Virus record (IMG/VR): IMGVR_UViG_2671180268_000014 | Source: a virus | Taxonomy: Duplodnaviria > Heunggongvirae > Uroviricota > Caudoviricetes | Direction: 5' to 3' (one strand) | DNA length: 43,810 bases | In this document: positions 18,777 to 28,019 of the stretch, piece after piece | Layout of the letters: every line of letters starts with the position of its first letter | Position numbering within the stretch: the first letter of the stretch is position 1 | Made by a program: the position numbers and the translations under genes | The notes under the pieces: generated by a model | Told to the model about the DNA's origin: nothing | Seen by the model: only the letters and a program-made list of their open reading frames with translations | Database searches by the model: none

Positions 18777-19172
18777 GTGGGATTAAAGAAAATCGTTATG
18801 TTGACTTTTTGGGTCGGTTTTGTTGCGGGATGCACACCTTTACACCCTTCAGATTGCCACAAAACTACTGCTACAGGTAGTTGCAGTTCAGGACGCTGGG
18901 ATGATCAGGATGAATGGGGGGCGCAAGCGCGGGGAATCAGAGCTGCAATTAATGCCAAACTTGATGAGCCGCATAACTGGAAAGGGAAAAAATGCAGGTT
19001 GCATATGGAATTCTCTCAGGATGGCACGGCGTTAAAAATATCTACCAGTAACGGTGATAAAGCCTATTGCGAAGCGATAAAGTCCGCAGCTCATAAAGCC
19101 AAATTTCCGGCCTTCAACAATCCGGAAGTCTACAGAGATTTTCAGAAATCTGGCTTTGACATGCGAGGTTAG
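18777..19172 (+). CDS. Second lipoprotein with TolA domain III-like C-terminus (paralogue)
   Basis: GTG start with GAGGAG SD; lipobox VAGC, Thr at +2. C-terminus KKCRLHMEFSQDGTALKIS...YCEAIKSAAHKAKFPAFNNPEVYRDFQ is collinear with the upstream paralogue. Confidence 0.55.
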   Translation: MGLKKIVMLTFWVGFVAGCTPLHPSDCHKTTATGSCSSGRWDDQDEWGAQARGIRAAINAKLDEPHNWKGKKCRLHMEFSQDGTALKISTSNGDKAYCEAIKSAAHKAKFPAFNNPEVYRDFQKSGFDMRG

Positions 19173-19423
19173 CTCTTCAATTACTATATCTCATTCATAG
19201 CAAACTGACAGATTTGATGATGTTCTATATACGAAACCTGTGATGTCAAGTCTGAGCTAATACAAATAAACATAATATCAGAGAAATACATTTTATTAGC
19301 TCGCTACGGCGAGCTTTTTATATTGCATCGTCTCCAGCATATATATCAATTAAGGCTCTGATTGATGTGTCTGAAAGCCTACACATAATAACTATGCCAT
19401 CCGTTCCGTGCGGAGGTGAGGCT

Positions 19424-19639
19424 ATGAAATCCATGGACAAAATTTCAACAGGCATTGCCTACGGCACCTCCGCAGGCAGTGCTGGCTACTGGTTTTTACA
19501 GTTGCTCGATAGAGTAACTCCGTCACAGTGGGCTGCAATCGGTGTGCTGGGTAGTCTGGTATTTGGCCTGCTGACGTACCTGACAAACCTTTATTTCAAG
19601 ATTAAAGAAGATAAGCGCAAGGCTGCGAGAGGTGAATAA
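19424..19639 (+). CDS. S: Pinholin, phage 21 S-type (dual-start MKSM)
   Basis: [71 protein letters not shown] matches recalled S21. The ORF-track start at 19367 is probably too long. Confidence 0.8.
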   Translation: MKSMDKISTGIAYGTSAGSAGYWFLQLLDRVTPSQWAAIGVLGSLVFGLLTYLTNLYFKIKEDKRKAARGE

Positions 19640-20136
19640 TGCCTCCATCATTACGAAAAGTCGTTGCTGCTGCTATTGGTGGCGGAGCAATTGCTATAGC
19701 ATCAGTGTTAATCACTGGCCCAAGTGGTAACGATGGTCTGGAAGGTGTCAGCTACATACCATACAAAGATATTGTTGGTGTATGGACTGTATGTCACGGG
19801 CATACAGGAAAAGACATCATGCTCGGTAAAACGTATACCAAAGCAGAATGCAAAACACTCTTGAATAAAGACCTTGCCACTGTCGCCAGACAAATTAACC
19901 CGTACATCAAAGTCGATATACCGGAAACAACGCGCGGCGCTCTTTACTCATTCGTTTACAACGTGGGTGCTGGCAATTTCAGAACATCGACGCTTCTTCG
20001 CAAAATAAACCAGGGCGATATCAAAGGCGCATGTGATCAGCTACGTCGCTGGACATATGCTGGCGGTAAGCAATGGAAAGGTCTCATGACTCGTCGTGAG
20101 ATTGAGCGTGAAATCTGTTTGTGGGGTCAGCAATGA
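19639..20136 (+). CDS. R: SAR endolysin (phage 21 R-type lysozyme)
   Basis: N-terminal weakly hydrophobic Gly/Ala-rich segment [20 protein letters not shown], then a lysozyme-like domain. Start overlaps the holin stop (TAATG). Confidence 0.85.
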   Translation: MPPSLRKVVAAAIGGGAIAIASVLITGPSGNDGLEGVSYIPYKDIVGVWTVCHGHTGKDIMLGKTYTKAECKTLLNKDLATVARQINPYIKVDIPETTRGALYSFVYNVGAGNFRTSTLLRKINQGDIKGACDQLRRWTYAGGKQWKGLMTRREIEREICLWGQQ

Positions 20137-20597
20137 ACAGAGTAACCGCGATTATCTCCGCTCTGGTTATCTGCATCATCGTCTGCCTGTCATGGGCTGT
20201 TAATCATTACCGTGATAACGCCATTACCTACAAAGCCCAGCGCGACAAAAATGCCAGAGAACTGAAGCTGGCGAACGCGGCAATTACTGACATGCAGATG
20301 CGTCAGCGTGATGTTGCTGCGCTCGATGCAAAATACACGAAGGAGTTAGCTGATGCGAAAGCTGAAAATGATGCTCTGCGTGATGATGTTGCCGCTGGTC
20401 GTCGTCGGTTGCACATCAAAGCAGTCTGTCAGTCAGTGCGTGAAGCCACCACCGCCTCCGGCGTGGATAATGCAGCCTCCCCCCGACTGGCAGACACCGC
20501 TGAACGGGATTATTTCACCCTCCGGGAACGACTGGTAATGATGCAGGCCCAACTTGAAGGTGCTCAGCAATACATAACCGAGCAGTGTTTAAAGTAA
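20133..20597 (+). CDS. Rz: Rz i-spanin
   Basis: [36 protein letters not shown] matches recalled lambda Rz. ATG overlaps the endolysin TGA (ATGA). Confidence 0.85.
   Translation: MNRVTAIISALVICIIVCLSWAVNHYRDNAITYKAQRDKNARELKLANAAITDMQMRQRDVAALDAKYTKELADAKAENDALRDDVAAGRRRLHIKAVCQSVREATTASGVDNAASPRLADTAERDYFTLRERLVMMQAQLEGAQQYITEQCLK
20353..20538 (+). CDS. Rz1: Rz1 o-spanin lipoprotein, nested in Rz in the +1 frame
   Basis: Lipobox LVVVGC, proline-rich mature region ([16 protein letters not shown]); lies wholly inside Rz in another frame. Confidence 0.8.
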   Translation: MRKLKMMLCVMMLPLVVVGCTSKQSVSQCVKPPPPPAWIMQPPPDWQTPLNGIISPSGNDW

Positions 20598-20734
20598 AAT
20601 CTTAACTACAATATGATTCATTTTGATGATTGTTTCATAAGGAACAGTGAAGTAAGATCTAAGAGGAGTTAAATTTTATACAGTATAATCATAATATTGC
20701 AGCAAGGTGGTTATAATTGAAAGAATATTTAGAT

Positions 20735-22192
20735 ATGAATACATCTCATGTAAGAGTTGTTACTCATATGTGTGGGTTCCTGGTTTGGCTCTATAGTCTT
20801 TCAATGTTGCCACCAATGGTTGTAGCATTGTTTTATAAAGAAAAAAGCCTGTTCGTTTTCTTTATAACTTTCGTTATATTTTTTTGCATTGGTGGCGGAG
20901 CGTGGTATACAACTAAGAAATCTGGCATTCAATTACGTACCCGTGATGGGTTTATTATAATTGTAATGTTTTGGATTTTGTTTTCTGTTATTAGTGCATT
21001 CCCTTTATGGATTGACTCAGAACTTAATTTAACGTTCATTGATGCTCTGTTTGAAGGGGTTTCTGGAATAACAACAACAGGAGCAACTGTAATTGATGAT
21101 GTTAGTTCATTACCTCGGGCATATTTGTACTATCGGTCACAGTTAAATTTTATAGGTGGTTTAGGAGTTATTGTTCTGGCGGTTGCAGTATTGCCATTAT
21201 TGGGTATTGGTGGTGCAAAGCTTTATCAGTCAGAAATGCCGGGGCCATTTAAGGATGACAAACTCACTCCCCGCCTGGCCGATACGTCACGGACACTGTG
21301 GATAACTTATTCTTTATTAGGTATTGCTTGTATTGTCTGTTATAGACTTGCAGGAATGCCTTTGTTTGATGCTATTTGTCACGGGATTTCCACAGTTTCG
21401 CTTGGTGGTTTCTCAACTCATAGCGAGAGTATCGGATATTTTAATAACTATTTGGTTGAGCTGGTGGCTGGTTCTTTTTCCCTGCTATCGGCTTTCAACT
21501 TCACTCTTTGGTATATTGTTATTAGCAGAAAAACGATAAAACCTTTAATCAGAGATATTGAACTTCGTTTCTTTCTGTTAATAGCCTTAGGGGTGATCAT
21601 TGTTACCTCTTTCCAGGTCTGGCATATAGGTATGTATGACTTGCATGGAAGTTTTATTCATTCGTTTTTTCTTGCCAGCTCCATGCTCACTGATAATGGT
21701 TTAGCTACGCAGGATTATGCAAACTGGCCCACGCACACGATAGTGTTTTTGCTGTTGTCAAGTTTCTTTGGGGGATGTATAGGTTCAACCTGTGGTGGAA
21801 TTAAGTCACTTCGATTTCTTATACTTTTCAAACAAAGCAAACACGAGATAAATCAGCTTTCTCATCCCAGAGCGTTGTTGAGTGTAAATGTAGGAGGGAA
21901 GATAGTTACAGATCGTGTAATGAGGTCTGTATGGAGTTTCTTTTTTCTTTATACTCTCTTCACGGTGTTTTTTATACTGGTGTTAAATGGTATGGGATAT
22001 GATTTTCTTACATCATTTGCAACAGTGGCTGCATGTATTAATAATATGGGATTAGGTTTTGGGGCTACTGCATCGTCATTCGGAGTGCTTAATGACATTG
22101 CAAAATATTTAATGTGCATAGCTATGATTCTTGGTCGCCTTGAAATTTATCCTGTTATTATATTGTTTTCAGGTTTTTTTTGGCGCTCCTAA
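20735..22192 (+). CDS. trkG: TrkH/TrkG-family potassium uptake protein
   Basis: 485-aa polytopic membrane protein from MNTSHVRVVTHMCGFLVWLYSL, matching recalled Rac TrkG. AT-rich relative to neighbours. ORF-track start at 20717 adds 6 residues. Confidence 0.85.
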   Translation: MNTSHVRVVTHMCGFLVWLYSLSMLPPMVVALFYKEKSLFVFFITFVIFFCIGGGAWYTTKKSGIQLRTRDGFIIIVMFWILFSVISAFPLWIDSELNLTFIDALFEGVSGITTTGATVIDDVSSLPRAYLYYRSQLNFIGGLGVIVLAVAVLPLLGIGGAKLYQSEMPGPFKDDKLTPRLADTSRTLWITYSLLGIACIVCYRLAGMPLFDAICHGISTVSLGGFSTHSESIGYFNNYLVELVAGSFSLLSAFNFTLWYIVISRKTIKPLIRDIELRFFLLIALGVIIVTSFQVWHIGMYDLHGSFIHSFFLASSMLTDNGLATQDYANWPTHTIVFLLLSSFFGGCIGSTCGGIKSLRFLILFKQSKHEINQLSHPRALLSVNVGGKIVTDRVMRSVWSFFFLYTLFTVFFILVLNGMGYDFLTSFATVAACINNMGLGFGATASSFGVLNDIAKYLMCIAMILGRLEIYPVIILFSGFFWRS

Positions 22193-22329
22193 TATATGGC
22201 TGATTTATAATTGTGAGTTTAATATTATGTTGACTCACTCATTGATCCAATACCTAACTTTACCAGCAACACCTCCGCCCCCAGTAGCACTGGCTGCTGG
22301 GGTGCGTTTTATTCATAAAGCAAGGCTGT

Positions 22330-23118
22330 ATGAGCGAGAAATTAAAGATAGTCTATCGCCCATTACAAGAATTGTCACCGTATGCGCACAACGCCAGGAC
22401 GCACAGTACTGAGCAGGTGGCACAACTGGTAGAAAGTATTAAGCAATTCGGCTGGACTAATCCGGTGCTGATTGACGAAAAGGGCGAAATTATTGCGGGT
22501 CACGGTCGTGTTATGGCGGCTGAAATGCTCAAAATGGATTCTGTTCCGGTCATTGTTCTGTCTGGCCTGACGGATGAGCAGAAAAAGGCGTACCGCCTGG
22601 CAGATAATCGCCTGCCGATGAATGCTGGCTGGGATGAAGATCTGTTGCGGATGGAGCTGTCGGACCTAATCAATGCTGATTTTGATGTCTCCCTGACAGG
22701 CTTCATCCCGGCAGAAATTGATGAACTGTTGACGGATGTTTTGCCCGGTACAGGAAATGAGGAGGAGCCGTATACGACGAAAATTGATACGCCTGTTTAT
22801 GAGCCGTCAGGCGGTAAACCGGATATCAGTGAACTGTACGACGATACGAAAACTCAGGAGCTGATCAGCCGGATACGTTCGGCGTCCCTTGATCCTGATA
22901 TTGAGAAATTCCTCCTGTGTGCAGCAGAACGTCACACGGTGTTTAATTTCAGCAGAATTGCGGACTATTACGCTCATGCCCCCGCTGAAATTCAGTGCCT
23001 TTTCGAGGAGTCGGCGCTGGTGATCATTGATTATCAGCAGGCTATTGAAAATGGATTTGTCCGAATGACGCAGCGCATGGTGGAGATCATGCATGGCGGG
23101 GAGGAGGAATATGCGTGA
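22330..23118 (+). CDS. ParB-like nuclease domain protein (YnaK-like, full length)
   Basis: N-terminal ParB/Srx-like region (LSPYAHNARTHS...GHGRVMAA...YRLADNRL). Immediately upstream of the packaging genes. Confidence 0.6.
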   Translation: MSEKLKIVYRPLQELSPYAHNARTHSTEQVAQLVESIKQFGWTNPVLIDEKGEIIAGHGRVMAAEMLKMDSVPVIVLSGLTDEQKKAYRLADNRLPMNAGWDEDLLRMELSDLINADFDVSLTGFIPAEIDELLTDVLPGTGNEEEPYTTKIDTPVYEPSGGKPDISELYDDTKTQELISRIRSASLDPDIEKFLLCAAERHTVFNFSRIADYYAHAPAEIQCLFEESALVIIDYQQAIENGFVRMTQRMVEIMHGGEEEYA

Positions 23119-24043
23119 TGATTTTTGCGCCTTTATTCTGACTCACGGGCGACCGGACAAAGTTCTGACTTACCGGACGTTGCGTCGTGCTGGCTATACC
23201 GGGAAAATTTTTATCGTTGTTGATGATGAAGATAAGACACGGCATCAGTACATGGCTGAATTTGGTGAACAGGTGCTGGTATTTTCCAAAGCCGATATTG
23301 CTAGTCGTTTTGACGAAGCCGATAATTTTAGTGACCGCCGCTCAATTTTTTACGCCCGTAATGCCTGTTTCGACCAGGCAAAACTGGTCGGGTGTAAATA
23401 CTTCATTCAGCTCGATGATGATTATCACGAGTTCCAGTTTCGGGTGGATCGCAACTATGACCAGGCCTATTTCCCGATAAGGAAACTGGATGAGATCCTT
23501 TCTGAAATGCTTGCGTACTACGAATCAATACCTGCTCTTTCCATCGCTATGTCGCAGGGCGGGGATTTTCTTGGTGACAATGGCGGCCATGCTTCGTGGG
23601 TGAAACGCAAGGCAATGAACAGCTTTATCTGTTCGGTTGATCGACCGTTCTCATTCATGGGGCGCATTAACGAGGATGTGAATACGTACACGAATCTCGG
23701 TCGCTGTGGTGAATTGTTTATGACGATCGGTGCTGTCCAGTTAGGGCAGAAACAGACGCAGAAAAACAGCGGCGGAATGACCGAGCTGTATCTGGATTCC
23801 GGAACCTACGTTAAAAGTTTTTACTCCGTCATGTATGCGCCGTCGTGCGTAAAAATCTCACTTATGGGTGCCAGTCATAAACGCATTCACCATCAGGTCA
23901 CCTGGAACAACGCTGCAGTAAAAATCCTTCACGAAAAATACAGGAAGAAGACACCCTGCATATCAATGGGGGTGACAAATGATTCCGTATTCGAAAGTCG
24001 AGTCTCTGGCAGCGTGCCGGATGACTGCACAACAAATCGCTGA
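23093..24043 (+). CDS. Hypothetical protein (YdaY-like), possible GT-A-like nucleotide-sugar transferase fold
   Basis: Segments AFILTHGRPDK...IFIVVDDED and a later QLDDDY resemble a GT-A Rossmann core with a DxD motif. Weak, motif-level only. Probable start at MRDDF (23111). Confidence 0.35.
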   Translation: MAGRRNMRDDFCAFILTHGRPDKVLTYRTLRRAGYTGKIFIVVDDEDKTRHQYMAEFGEQVLVFSKADIASRFDEADNFSDRRSIFYARNACFDQAKLVGCKYFIQLDDDYHEFQFRVDRNYDQAYFPIRKLDEILSEMLAYYESIPALSIAMSQGGDFLGDNGGHASWVKRKAMNSFICSVDRPFSFMGRINEDVNTYTNLGRCGELFMTIGAVQLGQKQTQKNSGGMTELYLDSGTYVKSFYSVMYAPSCVKISLMGASHKRIHHQVTWNNAAVKILHEKYRKKTPCISMGVTNDSVFESRVSGSVPDDCTTNR

Positions 24044-24230
24044 CGTTCTGGATGTTGATCTGAACCGACTGAAAGAAAATCGGGAAGCAATGACAGATTT
24101 TTATGCGGCCATCCGTAAGGGCAGAGCGAAAGGTGAAGCCGAGTTACGAGCGGCATTGTTTAAGCTTGCCAGAAAAGGGGATGCCTTTGCTCTGCGCGAA
24201 CTACTCAGGGTGGATAAAAATCAGGACTAA
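23979..24230 (+). CDS. Small HTH-like protein upstream of terS
   Basis: 83-aa ORF overlapping the 3' end of the previous gene; TAQQIADVLDVDLNRLKENREAM is HTH-like. Start uncertain (possibly the Met at 24021). Confidence 0.3.
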   Translation: MIPYSKVESLAACRMTAQQIADVLDVDLNRLKENREAMTDFYAAIRKGRAKGEAELRAALFKLARKGDAFALRELLRVDKNQD

Positions 24231-24233
24231 CTG

Positions 24234-25328
24234 ATGAGCAGACCGGACTGGGGGGCGTTGCAGCAGGAGTATATTGCTGAATACACCCGCTCCGGTATAT
24301 CTCCGGTGGCATGGTGTGAAGCAAGGGGACTGAATTACGCAACAGCCCGTCGTTACATCAAAAAAACTCCGAAAAATGCGCAGACAGAAATGTGCAAAAC
24401 TGCGCAAAAAAGTGCGCAGAAAAAATCTGCGCAGACTGCACAAAAGCGGAACGAAAAATCTCAGGAAAAAAAGCCAGTATTCGATGCGGGCCTGAATGAG
24501 GGCGACGCGGAGGAATTTTCGTTCTGTCCCGATGAATTCGGCATTTCTGACCAGCAGGCTAAGTTTGCGATGCTTGTTGCTCAGGGTAAAAAGCCGACAG
24601 AGGCGTACCGACTAGCCGGTTATGAGGGGCAAGGTGCGACAGCTAACAGCAACGCCAGTCGTATGCTTAGAAATGCCAGGGTTTTTCGCGCTATCAGCTA
24701 CTTCCGCAATCAGTACCAGAAACGCTATACCGCAGACCTGGATTTACTAGTGAGTCAGTTGATGGCTATTGTCCTGGCCGACCCCAATCAGCTTGCACAA
24801 TTTCGCCGTGTTAACTGCCGTTATTGCTGGGGCGAGAATCATCTCTACCAGTGGCGCGATATAGCAGAATTCGACAAGGCAGCGGCGCAGGCTTCCAGAG
24901 ATGGCAAACCCGAACCGGAATATGGAGGCCTCGGCTTTGTTGATAACGCCATACCCAATCCGGACTGCCCGAAGTGCTGCGGTGAGGGAACGGGACAGCT
25001 TTATATGGCTGATACCACTCTGCTTGATGGGGATGCGCGGCAATTATATGCAGGGGCAAAATTCGGAAAATTCGGCGTTGAGATCCTGCTGGAGGATAAG
25101 GCTGCCGCCCGGCGTGAATTGTTGCGTTTGTTTTCTGCTGGCGGGGCTTTATGTGCAGATAAGCGGCTACGGGAACTGGAAATTGAACGGCGCAGAATGG
25201 AAAACCAGAAGCTGCGCAAAGAGATCGAAACGGTGGAAGATAATGAACATCCCCAGCCTGTGGCGATCAATATTAATGTGGTTGATGCCAGAGTAAGGAG
25301 TGATGAAGATGATCTCTCCGACGCTTAA
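24234..25328 (+). CDS. Terminase small subunit (putative), with zinc-ribbon and AQK-rich linker
   Basis: Immediately upstream of and overlapping terL. Contains CRYCWGENH...CPKCCGEG (two CxxC) and a low-complexity AQK-rich N-terminal stretch that coincides with a DNA repeat array. Confidence 0.55.
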   Translation: MSRPDWGALQQEYIAEYTRSGISPVAWCEARGLNYATARRYIKKTPKNAQTEMCKTAQKSAQKKSAQTAQKRNEKSQEKKPVFDAGLNEGDAEEFSFCPDEFGISDQQAKFAMLVAQGKKPTEAYRLAGYEGQGATANSNASRMLRNARVFRAISYFRNQYQKRYTADLDLLVSQLMAIVLADPNQLAQFRRVNCRYCWGENHLYQWRDIAEFDKAAAQASRDGKPEPEYGGLGFVDNAIPNPDCPKCCGEGTGQLYMADTTLLDGDARQLYAGAKFGKFGVEILLEDKAAARRELLRLFSAGGALCADKRLRELEIERRRMENQKLRKEIETVEDNEHPQPVAININVVDARVRSDEDDLSDA

Positions 25329-26610
25329 TGTGCCTCAGGCGCGATTTCTTTCAATGCCCCATAAATTTAAAGCCTATATTGCTGGTTTTGGCTCGGGCAA
25401 AACATGGGTTGGGTGTGGCGGCATATGCAAGGGGATTTGGGAGCATCCAGGTATAAATCAGGGATATTTTGCGCCAACGTATCCCCAAATTCGCGATATT
25501 TTTTACCCTACAGTGGAAGAAGTTGCTGCTGACTGGGGATTGAACGTAAAAATTAATGAGGGAAATAAAGAGGTTCACTTTTATTACGGACGCCAGTATC
25601 GGGGAACCACTATCTGCAGATCGATGGAGAAGCCACAAACGATCGTCGGTTTCAAAATTGGTAATGCGTTGGTGGATGAACTGGACATTTTGCCGAAGGA
25701 AAAAGCCAGAACGGCGTGGCGCAAGATAATTGCACGTATGCGTTATAAGATTGATGGACTTCGCAACGGTATTGACGTTACAACCACGCCGGAAGGATTC
25801 AAATTTGTCTACGAGCAGTTTGTTAAAGCCGTGCGTGAAAAAACAGAGCTGGCCTCACTGTATGGTCTGGTGCAGGCATCTACTTTCGATAATGAAAAGA
25901 ACCTGCCAGCAGATTACATTCCTTCGCTTCTTGAATCATACCCTCCAGAGCTGATTAAAGCCTATCTTCGAGGACAGTTTACTAACCTGACAAGTGGTAC
26001 TGTTTACCATCAGTTTGACCGGAAACTGAATAATTGCGAAGAAGTGGAGCAGCCAGGGGAGCCGATTTATATTGGGATGGATTTTAACGTTGGAAAGATG
26101 GCGGGAATCGTCCATGTGCTGCGTTTGGGGCTTCCATGTGCGGTAACTGAAATCATCAATGCCTACGATACGCCGGATATGATCCGCATCATTAAAGAAC
26201 GCTTCTGGCTGTATGATGGGAATGATTACCGGAAAGTGAGGGAAATTTATATTTATCCAGATGCTTCCGGGGATTCCAGAAAATCAAGTAACGCAAGTAC
26301 GACGGATATAGCCCAGCTTAAGCAGGCTGGTTTTAACGTTGTGGTGAACAGCTCGAACCCGCCAGTAAAAGATCGCGTTAACTCAATGAATGCAATGTTC
26401 TGCAATGCCAATGGTGAGCGTCGCTATAAAGTTAATGTGAAGCGTTGCCCGTTATATGCCGAATCTCTGGAGCAACAGGTCTGGGATGAGAAGGGGGAGC
26501 CTGATAAAAAATCTGGCAATGATCACCCGAATGATGCCGGAGGTTATTTCATCGTTAAGCAATTCCCTATTGTCAAACCGACCGGAAGAGTCACATCACT
26601 TCGGATTTAA
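25300..26610 (+). CDS. Terminase large subunit
   Basis: Walker A-like GFGSGKTW near the N-terminus; 436 aa; followed directly by the portal gene. Start may be a few codons downstream. Confidence 0.8.
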   Translation: MMKMISPTLNVPQARFLSMPHKFKAYIAGFGSGKTWVGCGGICKGIWEHPGINQGYFAPTYPQIRDIFYPTVEEVAADWGLNVKINEGNKEVHFYYGRQYRGTTICRSMEKPQTIVGFKIGNALVDELDILPKEKARTAWRKIIARMRYKIDGLRNGIDVTTTPEGFKFVYEQFVKAVREKTELASLYGLVQASTFDNEKNLPADYIPSLLESYPPELIKAYLRGQFTNLTSGTVYHQFDRKLNNCEEVEQPGEPIYIGMDFNVGKMAGIVHVLRLGLPCAVTEIINAYDTPDMIRIIKERFWLYDGNDYRKVREIYIYPDASGDSRKSSNASTTDIAQLKQAGFNVVVNSSNPPVKDRVNSMNAMFCNANGERRYKVNVKRCPLYAESLEQQVWDEKGEPDKKSGNDHPNDAGGYFIVKQFPIVKPTGRVTSLRI

Positions 26611-26612
26611 TT

Positions 26613-28019
26613 ATGGCTGATATATCAACACCCAACCTCGACTATAACGATATGCTGGAGGCGTGGGATATTAACGACGCACTGATGGGCGGTACGCTTG
26701 AAATGCGCAGGCAGGGGGAAAATTATCTCCCAAAATGGCCTAACGAAGATGAAGACGCTTATAAAAAACGCCTGTCTGTGGCTACGCTACTTCCTGTGTA
26801 TGAAGAAAGCATCAAGCAAAATATTGGGCGCATATTTGCAGAGCCGACAGTATTGAGTGAGGAAACGCCGGCAAAAATCAGGGAATATGCAGAAAATATC
26901 GACATGGAGGGGAGCCGACTGGATGTGTGGGCGCAGCAATTTTTCAGCCTCGCATTTCAGTATGGTGTGGCACATGCGCTGGTGGACTATCCACGAACGG
27001 ATATGAAAGAGATTCGGACAAAAGCCGATGAAAACGCGACCGGTGGTCGTCCGTACGTTACGATGCTGAATCCACGCCAGGTTATTGGATGGAAATCGAA
27101 AGTTGAAAAAGGGAAAGTTGTTCTCACTGATTTGCGTATAAAAGAGGTCATCATTATTGATGGTGATGATTTCGGGCAGAAGAAGGTGGAGCAGATCCGC
27201 CATATTATGCCCCGTCGAGTTGAAATTTATCGACGTAGCGAAGGCACTAATGGCGAATCTGTCTGGACGCTTCATGAGTCATGGAATACCAGCCGTGATG
27301 ATATTCCTCTGGTAACACTGTACACGAAGAAAACAGGATTTATGCGTGGTACACCGCCATTGCTTAATCTTGGCTTGCTGAATATCAAGCACTGGCAAAG
27401 CCAGAGCGAGCAGGACAATATTCTTCATGTTGCCCGCGTTCCATTGCTGGTGGCCTACGGGCTGGACAGGAATGAAGAACTGACGGTTGGTGCATCCACC
27501 GCTACGATTTTTGAGGACAGAACAAAAAATGGCCTCGAATATGTTGAACATAGTGGCGCAGCGATAGAATCTGGCGAAACATCACTTGAGAAGCTGGAAA
27601 ATCAGATGCGTCATGCCGGCGCTAAACTTCTGCGTGCTGAAAATACATCCACCAAATCTGTTGATCAGACTAATGAAGAGCGAATGCAGGAAAACTCGCC
27701 GCTTTATACAATGGCGAACTCCCTCGAAGATGCCCTCGATAATATTCTCCAGATAATGGCGGAATGGATCGGAGAGAGTTGCGGTGGCAATGTGGATGTG
27801 CGCACTGAACTGGATGTATCTGCCCAGGTGTTTGACTCATCCTCCGCGCTGGCTGTTCAGTCATTGCGTCAGGGCGGTGATATACGTCAGATTGATGCGG
27901 TTCGGGTGTTGCAGGCGTTGAAATTTATCGATCAGGATTCCCGTCCAGAGGAAGTGATCGATGAATTAAAAAATCAGAGTGTAATGCTGATGGAAATCAA
28001 TGATGCAAACCGTGAATGA
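26613..28019 (+). CDS. Portal protein
   Basis: 468-aa ORF starting 2 nt after the terL stop; size and position typical of a portal. Confidence 0.65.
   Translation: MADISTPNLDYNDMLEAWDINDALMGGTLEMRRQGENYLPKWPNEDEDAYKKRLSVATLLPVYEESIKQNIGRIFAEPTVLSEETPAKIREYAENIDMEGSRLDVWAQQFFSLAFQYGVAHALVDYPRTDMKEIRTKADENATGGRPYVTMLNPRQVIGWKSKVEKGKVVLTDLRIKEVIIIDGDDFGQKKVEQIRHIMPRRVEIYRRSEGTNGESVWTLHESWNTSRDDIPLVTLYTKKTGFMRGTPPLLNLGLLNIKHWQSQSEQDNILHVARVPLLVAYGLDRNEELTVGASTATIFEDRTKNGLEYVEHSGAAIESGETSLEKLENQMRHAGAKLLRAENTSTKSVDQTNEERMQENSPLYTMANSLEDALDNILQIMAEWIGESCGGNVDVRTELDVSAQVFDSSSALAVQSLRQGGDIRQIDAVRVLQALKFIDQDSRPEEVIDELKNQSVMLMEINDANRE

Noticed and set aside
19367-19423. N-terminal extension of the holin ORF ([19 protein letters not shown])
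   Set aside because: The pinholin matches S21 from MKSM onward; the upstream in-frame Met codons lack an SD and would add a non-conserved extension.
22279-22310. Hairpin (ccccag-N12-ctgggg) followed by a T-rich stretch downstream of trkG
   Set aside because: The loop is large and the stem short; the ParB-like start lies shortly downstream. Too weak to call a terminator.
26787-27864. Minus-strand ORFs (162, 90 and 64 aa) within the portal gene
   Set aside because: Antisense to a tightly packed late operon; no start signals.
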